This document shows, piece after piece, positions 13,845 to 24,718 of a stretch of DNA of 64,000 nt. Position 1 is the stretch's first letter, and each line of letters begins with the position of its first letter. The stretch is from Geosiphon pyriformis uo1 (taxonomy: Eukaryota; Fungi; Glomeromycota). Location of the stretch: assembly GCA_016748015.1 (NCBI GenBank), contig JAAOMT010000521.1:306631-370630 (forward strand), written 5' to 3'. The notes under the pieces are model-generated. The model ran no database searches and was not told where the DNA came from. It was given only the letters and a program-made list of their open reading frames with translations. Made by a program: the position numbers and the translations under genes.

Positions 13845-16029
13845 ATATAATAATTCAGAAAACTCAAATTATTTCCAAAATCAGATATGCCCATTATCAT
13901 TGACCAATTAATTAGGGCAATCAGAGACACATGTTTGCTACAATTGTGGTAAACAAAGTCATGTTAAAGCTAACTGCCAAGTTTATGACAATAACTCATG
14001 ATCAAGAAATTAATATCAAAACTCTGATTGCAGATTCCAAATTCCAAGTTATTACTCAAATCAAGATCAGTACCAATCTAATTACACCTAATTAACACAA
14101 CAACCAATATATGTACCTTCAATATATCAATCAACAACACCTATAATATATCAACTACTGTAGCCACAACTAATTTATCAACCTCAATTCATTCAAACAT
14201 TATCACAAATGACTGTGTCCAACAGAAATCAGAGACCAAGAACTATTCAGCAAAATTGAAAATCAGTGATGGTTATTCATCAACCAATTCTCAGCACATC
14301 CCAACAACCCTCAAAATCACATTCAAGAAACTCAGAAACTAAGTACACCCAAAACCCGAATTCCCAGAATTATTTAAGTTTTCTGGTTATTTCAGAAAAA
14401 GCCTTATTCAACAACTTAGAAATCAATCTGAAACCACTTACCAACAACATTTCACCTGCAACTGTTACTGATGATGAATTATTAGCAGCAATTTTTCCCT
14501 TTGAAATTAAGAAACCAACCAAAATATCTCTTTTTAGTAAAGCCACCCTTAATGTGAAGCCCATTATTGCAATATACACAGATGTCAAAGTTAATGATCA
14601 GTTTATCAAACTAATTCTTAATAGTAGATCAGCAGGCAGCATCATCACACAAAAATTCATGGACCAATTAGGTCACTGAGTTGATTATGTTGTTAGTGCT
14701 AGAATCATTACAGCCAATGGAATGACCAAAACTCTTATAGATAAAATTAACAACTTCTTTTTTGAAGTCAATGGCATTATAATTTTCATCAAAGTCTTGG
14801 TGATAGAAACAACCTAATATCAAGCACTAATGAGCAATAACTGGTTGTTCAAAACCAATGTGGTGCTTAATTGGATTACACAAGAGCTCCAACTTAGTTA
14901 GAACAAACAACACACACATATACCAGTCATATATGGTCACTTTAAGACTACTCACATCCCAGCACCACTAATTAAGCTTTAAAAAAAAAAAACCTACCTA
15001 AGAAGTCTACCAAGTTTTTTGAACTGACACCAAACACAACAAGTTACTATTAATACTTTCTTGGAACAACAAAAGAAAGAGAAAAATACACCAAAAGAAA
15101 ACACCACCACAAAAAAAATAACTAGTGACTAGGAAAGATTCTACTTATACGAGCCACTAAAGCAACTGCCATATATTTTACTCAAATGCCAAAATTGTGG
15201 CAAGAAACTTTCTTTCATGGAAGTTTGAATTGTGCCCAATAAAGACTATTAGACACAAACCCACTATTACTGCAAACCATGCCACAGAGAACAGTATGAC
15301 TACTCAAAATGACAAGACAAGTAGGACAATGAAACATGTCTTACTTGTGGAAAGCAGCTATTTGATAAAGGAATATGGAATGACATTTCTAGTTGAGGAA
15401 GAACATATGACATGTCGTGCCAATACATGATCCTCATCAGTGACTGAATAAGTTATGGGACATTCATAAATGCCACCTGGCACTGAGCAATTTCTCACTT
15501 GAATAATTATTCACATGATGAGAATGAAATCTGGAAAATGGCAAATACCAAAATCAAAGGTGTTTCACCTAGCAAAATCTTGGAAATAAAGAACAACCCA
15601 CCAGCACCAGTTGAAGTTATTTTTATTCCCAACTCAGAAGCATTTTTGGATATTGAAACAAATCTAGAAAAATTCTATGAACACTACCAGAATCTAGCAC
15701 CCACTAGAAAAGAACAAAAGCAATGTTTAAAACAATTAAACACTCAATTATGTGACCACTGTTTGATTCCATGTGACTTCCAATATTGTAATAAGTGTAA
15801 TCTTATTTACAATCCCAGAGGAAAAGAACCAATTAGCAGCTGCAAAGTGGAATCAGAATCACAGTTTGATCTTGATTCAGACTTTAACAATAATGATAAC
15901 AAAAATAATGATTCTAGTTCCATTTAAAATAACAATAACAATAACAACAGTTCAAACTCCAATTCAAATTCAGAACAATATATTGCACTTTCTGATCTGT
16001 CCAAAGAGCAAGAACTTAAATAGTTTAGT

Positions 16030-16442
16030 GAAAATAATGAAGGTATTATGCCTGAACATGCATATAATATTGATACAGGATTTGATCTAAGATATCTGGA
16101 AAGAGATGTTATCAAATTGAAACCATATTCATGTACTTGTATTGATTTCAAAGTAGCACTAAAAATCCCAGCAACAACAATGGTTCAATTAGCATCTAGA
16201 AGTAATATAGCAAAAAAAGGAATCAACATCAGAGGAGAAATAATTAACACAGAATATGTAGGAAATATCATTGCAATGCTATAGAATAATTCAGAAAAAA
16301 CCTATATCATAGAACCAAATGAAAAGATAACACAAACAATATTTCTGCCTCTAATAAAAATAGCTCAGTTAGTATCAGTAAGAAACCAAGAAGAATTAAG
16401 AATAACAACAAAAGGAATACAGAGATTTGGATCCACAAGTAA
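16030..16442 (+). pseudogene. Retrotransposon dUTPase domain (family A copy 2)
   Basis: AYNIDTGFDLRY, LASRSNIAKKG, RGEIINTEYVGNI, EKITQ, KGIQRFGSTS. Confidence 0.88.
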
Positions 16443-19400
16443 AATAGATGTACCAGTTAATATGGCAGAGAAAGAGATTATTAACAAGGGAGAAATTATC
16501 TCCACTCATCAATCAATTTCTATTGCACTATATAACCAGTACATATTAGCTATAGAAAGAAAAATAAAGAATCAGGTTCAAATTTTTGAAGCAAAAGCCA
16601 CACTTTGTAAATCAGAAAAGATTAGATTAGTCAATCTATACATACCAGCCAAGAACTATAGTTACATCAAAATTTCTATTTATAACAACATGAGAAACAT
16701 CATTAAAATACCAAAAGGAACTACTATTGGATATTTAATCACCAAAATCAAAAACCAACCACCAAACCTCATTTCAGATTTTCCACAACTATATGAATAT
16801 GTTGACATAACATTACAAACAATCTATGGACAGAATGAATGTTATTTGTTTCAACAAAAACAATTAAAACAAATGAATTTGAGAAACTTAAACCCACTTC
16901 AGTGAATGCAACTCAAAATGTTACTTAACAACTTTACTGACATTTTTGCAAGTGAAAATGAATTTGGCAAAACTGATATAATTCAGCACCAGATTAAAAC
17001 TGGAGATACAATGCCAATTAAACAGAGAGCATATTAAGTATTACCAGCAAATCATAAAATTATCTGACAAAAGATCAATTGGATGTTGAACAATAAGTTA
17101 ATTCAATTATCAATGAGTCCATGGTCATTACCAGTAATACTAATCTATAAGAAAAATAGGAAAATCTACTTTTGTGTAGATTACCAAAAACTTAATAGAG
17201 TAACCAAGGGAGATAGCTACCCAACTTCAAAAATCCAAGAACTTTTTGACACTTTTGGAGGAAAAAAATGGTTCTCAATATTAGACTTAAACAGTGGTTA
17301 CTGACAAGTAGTCATGAAACCAGAAGATAAGGAAAAAATGGCTTTTACAACTTAAGAAGGAAATTTCAAATTTAAAGTTATGCCATTTGGCTTGATGAAC
17401 ACTCTTGTTACATTTTAAAAGCTTATGAAAATTGTATATACTAGATTGCTATAAAAATCAGTAGTTGTATATTTAAATAACACCAATGTGTTCTCTAAGA
17501 CATTCAATGATTATTTGTATTATCTTTAACAAGTATTTGAAAGACTAAGAAGAGCCAAATTAAAATTAAATACAATCAAGTGTTTCTTTGGGAAAACTGA
17601 ATTCAAGTTTTTAAGACATGTTGTGAGCAAAAATAAAATCAAAACAGATCTAGACAAAATTGAGATAGTTAAAAACTTTCCAGTACTTACCAATTTGACC
17701 AAATTATAAGCATTCTTGGAATTTGCAAATTACTACTACCATTTTATTAAAGACTTCTCTAAACTGGTTCAGTCATTACACTAGCTCTAAACAAAGAACA
17801 CCAAATATAAATAGACAGAAATTCAGCAAAAAGCTTTTGATACATTAAGAAGAAAGCTTATTCAAGCTTCAGTACTAATCTATTTAAATCATAACAAGCT
17901 ATTTATAATTACAACTGATGCATTAGGTCAAGCATTAGAAACAGTACTATCTCAAAAAAGACCAGATAAAAGAGAATATCCAGTAGCATATGCTAGTTGC
18001 AGCTTAAGTCTAGCTGAAAAAAACTATAAAACACCAGTATTGGAATACTTAACAATCTATTGGGCAGTTATAAAGTGGAAAAAATACTTAAGCCAGAAAT
18101 TTGACATATACACCAATCATAAAAGATTGACTTTAATTCAGAAGCAAAAATTTGGAGATGATTGCCATACTAAATGGAAAATAGAACTTTTATCATTTAA
18201 TTATACAGTACATTACAAAAAAAATAAAAATAGAAATATTAATAACTTGTCACAAATAAAACAAATTTAAAAACATTTCAACCCAAAAATATAACAAAAA
18301 ATAAATATACAAAAATATCAATAACTCCAACACTATATTAATATTCAGCAGTTTAAGAAGAAATTATCTTCAAAAAAATGAAGCCATATCAAACAACAAT
18401 CCAAATATTTTACTACTTACCAAGATATACTTTATCAGAAAAACAGAAAAAATCCAGATCAACCAACCAGAGTAATTACAGAACCAGAGAAAAAAACAAT
18501 ATTATTTAACATGGACTCAGATCCAACAGCAAAATATTTTCATAAAGAAGCAATCATGGAAAAAATCAGAAAAAGATATTATTGGCCATCAATGTAACCA
18601 GACATTATTCAATATGTTTAAAATTGTGATGCTTGTCAGAGAAAAAAAGGAACAAGACCCAATAAACCATTGAGACCAATTAAAGTGGAACAACTATTTG
18701 ATCACATTAAAATTGACTTAGTCAGACCATTAACAATCACCAGCAGAAGCAACAAATATATTATAATAATCATAAATTATCTTACTAAATAGCCAGAAGC
18801 AAAAGCCATTCAAAGAACAGATGCAGAATTCATTGCCAAATTCGTTTATCAAGATCTAATTTGTTGACACAGATGTTTAAAAGAACTACTATCAAATTAA
18901 AAAACTCATTTTGTAAACAGAATACTAGCAGAATTAAGTCAAAAATTTGGAATCAAAAGAACATTGTGTGAAGCAATTGCCAAAATCAGCCAAAAAAATC
19001 AAAATAAATGGGATTTGTTTATACTATCAGTATTATTTGCTTATCAGACAATGAAGCAAAACACTACACAAGCAACCCCATTTGAATTAGTATATGGTAA
19101 AACAGCAACATTATCAGTAAAGATAGAAATCAGCACATATCCAACTAAACCAATAACAGAAGACAATTTTCAAAAAACATTGTTGAAAAAAACATATAAC
19201 TTAATAAAAACACTAGAAAACAAATGATGAAAAGCAGCTGATAACATCCAAAAGTCACAAGAAAAACAAAAAAAAAGACATGATAACCAACTATCAGATA
19301 AACCAGTTAAATTCAAGATTAAAGACAAAGTATTTTTACATTATACTAAAGCAGAAAAACAATAGAGTAGAAAATTTAACTCCAAATAGGATGAACCATT

Positions 19401-19680
19401 TCACATAGAAAAAATTCTTGGAAATGGAGCATATAAATTAAGATGAGACAACAAAATCTTAGCCAAAGCAGTACATGATAATCAACTGAAACCATATTAC
19501 CATATAGTATCATTATTCACCAATAATATTCCACAATTGGGAGTACAATAAATATTAATCTAACCAGAAAAAATTCTATGAAATCTGAAATCAATTATTA
19601 TTATTGAACCAACCATGTCAAATTGAACAACCAAAGAAGTATATAAAGACACAATATACATAACAAAAGATACCAAAAAA

Positions 19681-20304
19681 ATGGAAATTACTGACAATAT
19701 ACATACACTGACACAACAACTTTTCCAACTGATTTAACAATAGAATATAGAAATTACTATCAACTAATAAACCATTTGATACAGTGATACCAGAAAAATA
19801 ACTCCATACAAAGTACAGAAACCAGAGAACACCATCAACAAAATAATTCTAAAAATAAAATTGGCAATAGAAGAGCCAACAAAAGTTACCTCATATCAAG
19901 AATTGACCAAAGAAACTTGGAAGTAGTGGATACAAGAATTTCCAAAGAACTTTTGTTATTTCCACTTGGGACAATACTTAAATATTCAAAACTTATATAC
20001 AGATAAGACAAAGCAATTATTTGACACAGAAATATTACAACAACTTAAACAATTTGTGGGAAAGAACAAATTAACCACACAAATACAAACCATTTATTGA
20101 TTACAAGTCGGTTTTCAAGACCAACCAGAAATCTTACTCAATCCAGCAATAGACTTTATTACCATTAACCAAATAGAAAAATAACCAATATCCAATTTGA
20201 AAAATTACAAAACAAGATAACACAAGTAATTTTCGAGAAAGAAGTTCAAGAAATACTCAAAAATAAAGAATTAAAATTAGGAGATCTTAATAGAACTTAA
20301 TATT
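19681..20304 (+). pseudogene. Extra 3' ORF (ORF3) of family A copy 2
   Basis: TATATAAAG ~19640, ATG 19681 (MEITDNIHTLTQQLF...WIQEFPKNFCYFHLGQYLNI...), ends at the PPT. Confidence 0.6.
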
Positions 20305-20319
20305 AAAAAAAAAGAATAA

Positions 20320-21148
20320 TGTTACTCATAGAATATAAAAAGTATATTAGTATATAAATTAGCCAATCAAAAGTAGACATAGTAAATATGAAATTCCAGA
20401 ATTTTTTTCAGAGAAATTGTAGGATTCCAGGAATTTCAGAATTCTCATATGAGAAATCACAGAATTCCAAAATTCCAGAATTTCTTTCAAAGGAATTGCA
20501 AGATTCCAAGAATTTTAGAATTTCTGGTGTAAAGAATTGAGGGATTGAAGAATTTTAATTATGTATATATAGCAATAGTATTAGAAGTAAAAAAAACAGA
20601 CTTTTTTATTTAGATTTCATCTAAACAACATTCTAAATTCACAAATACTAATAAATAATTATTTGTTATCTCAATCCTCTTTCCACTATCAATACTTCAT
20701 GTTGATAGTAACAAATACTTAACCTTACTAGAACAATAGTTTTTGATTATAGCTATTGATGAAATATTAACATTTATTGTCTTGGCTTATTTTTTTCTTT
20801 TATTTTTGTTATTTTTTGTTGTTAACTAATTGATTAAGAAATAAGTACTGAATTATTAACATCAAGAATTGTCTGGTAAAAAACTTCTGCGAGTAAGTAA
20901 AACATGTAAGAAATATGGATTGCTTACCAGAGAATTGCTGGCTACTAAGCCAAGAAAAAAATTGATGGAATTGCAATTTTAGGAGGCTACTAAACACAAT
21001 TATTGAATCTCTGTCCATTATACAAAGAACTTAACCAAAACCTTTAGACACTCAAAATTTCCAGATACCAACATCACTATATTATTAATTAAGCACCAAA
21101 TTATGAGTTTGTTATTTGATTTAAGATCCCAAATAATCATCTGTAATA
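20320..21148 (+). repeat. 3' LTR of family A copy 2
   Basis: TGTTACTCAT...CTGTAATA (decayed TGTAACA), preceded by a decayed PPT; GAATT-rich U3 array ~20390-20555. Confidence 0.88.
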
Positions 21149-22427
21149 ACATGATAACAAAAAAAAAGTTTTAGTATTATTAAAGCTATTTCTGTTCATA
21201 TTAATAATATTAGTATTAAAACTAATATAAGTTTTAAAGCAAAAAATATATTATTATTGTTGACAATAAATGGTTCAAGAAAGCAAAAGTTCTGTTTAAT
21301 TATAAACTTTGTGAACTAATTATTAAATATAATAAGAAATTTATTGTAATTAAGTATTATTATTGAATCACTTCTTTAGTATTCAAACAAAACCAAAAAA
21401 AAACAATCAAATAAATTAAATAATAAAAATAATAATAAAAAAAAAAGAAAGAAAAACAAAAAAACTATTAAACTTGTCTATACTATTTTCATTAACAATA
21501 ACAAACTATTAGATAATGTTAAAACTGACTGAAAAAAAATTATTGTAAATAAAAAGCTAATTTGTTGGTCTTATTATAATATTTTTAAAAAAATTTTTAA
21601 TAAAAGTTTGGCAAAAAAACCAAATATAGTTATTGGTAATATAGTTCTTGTGTTTAATGTTAATGCAATAAATTATTGTATTTTTTTAGCAATAAATACA
21701 AATTTTGCCTAATTTATTACAAATATTAAGAACCAATTAGCTTAATACCAAAAGAAAAAATAAAAAAAATACAAAAATTCTTTGAAAATAAACCACTAAA
21801 AATTTAATCAATGATAATAAAACAAAGAAAACTTTTTTCAAAAAAAAAATTAACATTAAAAACTTATTAGCTAGAAATATTCTAGTTATTTTAAAAGAAA
21901 GTAATATTCTTAAATGTACTTATATAATATAATACATTATTATCACCAAAAAAACTTATCCTATTTATTTGAAGCCTTATTAATCCAATTATTACAATAA
22001 TATATTCATTAAAAAAAATTAAACCAAATAAAAAACCTTGAATTCATATAAAAAACCAAGAGTCAATAAGTCTTTCCAATTGTAATAGTATTCAAGAAAG
22101 ATAGAACTCTACACTTTTGTATTAATTATTGCCAATTAAATATTTTGACTAAAAGAGATATGTACACATTTTTTAAGATTAATGTAATGCTAAACCAATT
22201 CAATAGTGCTGCTTTTTTTTTAATTATTGATCTAACTGTTGAATTCTGGCAAGTAGAAATAAATTTAGAAAGCAGAAAAAAAACTGTTTTCATCATTAAG
22301 TATGATACTTATAAATTTACAGTCATGTTTTTTGGTTTTATTAATGCTCTTTTTATATTTTAATGTTTAATAAACAAAATATTTAAATCAGTAAAAAAAA
22401 CTTTGTTTTAGTTTGCTTAAATAATAT
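21149..22427 (+). mobile_element. Gypsy family C fragment (protease 3' part to RT N-terminus), strongly decayed
   Basis: Homologous to minus-strand 28240-26960 (IIVDNKW.KKAK.L..YKL); ORF 22145-22363 IDLTVEFWQV...KTVF...YKFTVMFFG. Confidence 0.8.
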
Positions 22428-23104
22428 TGTTATGAATTAGAGTAACAAGCTAACAAATAGCAAGAAAAAACAGAATTGTAGAGTGATAAAAATAATCAAA
22501 AAAAGAATTACAATAAGGAAGCAAATTAAATATATATAAATTTAATGTGTATGATCAGTTTTATAAAAATTACAGTTGCAAATTTTTTCTGGAAATCTGA
22601 AGATAGAAAAATAGTTTATGATTGTTAACAAGATAATACTACTGCTATTATTCTATGTCTTTACTTGGTAATTCTTAGAATCAATAACAAGTATTGTTGT
22701 GTTTTTTAATTGTTTTTTTATTCAATTAATTACAAAAGCAAGTAATTACTTTTTAAGCTAATTCTAACAATACAAATCAAGAAAAAAAAAAGATAAAATA
22801 TGTGAATTCTAACAAGTAATCTTTTATCCTAAGATGTTCAGATACTTAAAGATAAGAAAAAGAAAATAAGCAATATAAGAGAAAATAATTGATAATAGAT
22901 TTTATTTTGTTACTTTTTTCATATTTTTTTATAACTAAAAGACTTATTGTTTATATATCTATTAAAAGTAGTTAATAACCAGATTAATAACTAAGTTAAT
23001 AATCAGATCAATAATTACTATCTAAAAATAAAATGGCTAATTATGTGACATTAATGACTAATACATGTAATAATTAATAAAAAGTATAAGTTTCAACTAT
23101 AATA
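22428..23104 (-). repeat. 3' LTR of the minus-strand Gypsy element
   Basis: On the minus strand a decayed PPT (GAAGCTCAATCTCTTTAAAAAAGATAA) precedes TATTA at 23104; the LTR ends TAACA at 22428. Confidence 0.6.
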
Positions 23105-23730
23105 TTATCTTTTTTAAAGAGATTGAGCTTCAGTAAAATTAAGCTATTTATAAGATAATTTATTTAAAGAGTTTTGTTTAACTCAAATTTAACTAGTTTA
23201 TTAAAGTCTTTGATAAATAAGATATATAATATTTGAAACAAAATAAGTTTTATATTCAAGAAACTAAATTTTTGTATAAGAGTTTTGGTTCTTTTAGCAA
23301 TAGTTAAAACTCTTGAAATATTTAATTATATAATGCCCAAAATTTCTGCTTGTATCTCTGAAATTGTTTTCTTTATTAGTTTTATATCCTCTATAATTTT
23401 ATCAAAACAACCATAAAGTTTTAATTGCTTTCCATATGACAAGTTTTTGTCTATAGACAAGATTTCTTGGGGTGTTTTTTTAATTATGCTGGAAAGTAAG
23501 AGTATAGCTGCTATTATACTTTTCAACAGATATTTATCCATTTTGCTACCAATTTTTTCTTCTGGTAGTGGTTTTTTTGGATCTAATAACAGTATGTGTT
23601 CTACTGTTATCAGTTATGATAGTTTGTTTTCTAATGGTCAGAGTAGTATTTGAATAATTTTTGATTCAATGCTTATGGAGAGTATAGAAGATGTTTTAAA
23701 TGTTTTAATCCAGAAAATAATTGTTCATGT

Positions 23731-24718
23731 TATTACTCAAGTAAAAAAACAAATTCAAATTATGAAGAAACATAATCAAAAAATGTAATAATACAGGATA
23801 ACATGAAGAAACATAGAATAACACATAATAACTTAGAATAACATAATACAAAACTTAATAACATATTATAGCACAAAATAACTAGTTAAAACATAAGATA
23901 ACTAGTAATAACATAGAAAAACAAAGCAATAACTGAAATAGCAAAACAATAATTAGCAAGAACAAAACAATTAAAAAGCAATTCTATAGAACAAAAAAAT
24001 ATATAAAAACAAGTAGTTGTAAAAGTTAGAAAGATAGAAAAAAATTAGACTCTTAAAGTCAATTAAACTTGCAAATCATAATTATTAAATACTTCTTCTT
24101 TCAAAAATAGTTGCTATTAATCAAAATAAAATTATATCAATAAAATATTTTTTTAATTCTTCAAATTTATGTTATTATCTACTACTTAACCTGCTGATAC
24201 AATAGCTCTTAATCACAGCTATTAACAGGACATTTATTTTTTATTTTTTATTTTTTTTTCTTTATTTTTTTATTTTTTTTTATTTTTTTTTATTTTATTT
24301 TATTTTATTTTATTCTTTCTTGTGAAATAACAACATAGAAAAATTAACTGTCTGAGAATAGACTTTGTGATAGCCTAATAAAAAAAAGAAGCTCTCCTTA
24401 AGTTTAGATATTAACATTATTTTGGTAGCTTATTAGAAAAATAAAAAAACACCACCAGACTCTAATGACTATGCTTATTAGCTTGAAGAAAATAGTTCAT
24501 ATTACATACAAAAATTGCAATACTGCAAAACATATCTCTGTGCTTTATAACCAAAAAACTTTACAAATAAATTCATAACAATTCAACAAACCTTCAAAGA
24601 CTGATAATACTAATACAATAAACAAGTCTACTGAAAAAAAACTATTAAAAACTCCCTAAAAATCCAAATCTTAAGCACTAAATATTATCACCATATACTA
24701 CCAAAATTACTTATAATA
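23731..24718 (+). repeat. Solo LTR (family D), plus orientation
   Basis: Decayed TATTA...TATAATA termini, TSD ATGT (23727-23730) / ATAT (24719-24722, one G->A), ~11-bp tandem units ATAACATA(G/A)A in U3. Inverted homology to 28830-29453. Confidence 0.75.

Larger units (their letters stand above)
13845..21148 (+). mobile_element. Ty3/Gypsy family A, copy 2 (from gag 3' end): CCHC-PR-Cys-rich-dUTPase-RT-RH-IN-ORF3-3'LTR
   Basis: Zn knuckle CYNCGKQSHVKANC ~13936-13977, protease LILNSRSAGSII (ORF 14266-14679), dUTPase ORF 16048-16284, RT ORF 17083-17304 (FCVDYQKLN, LDLNSGY), IN ORF 18964-19227. 15890-19640 is collinear with 1-3800. Confidence 0.92.
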
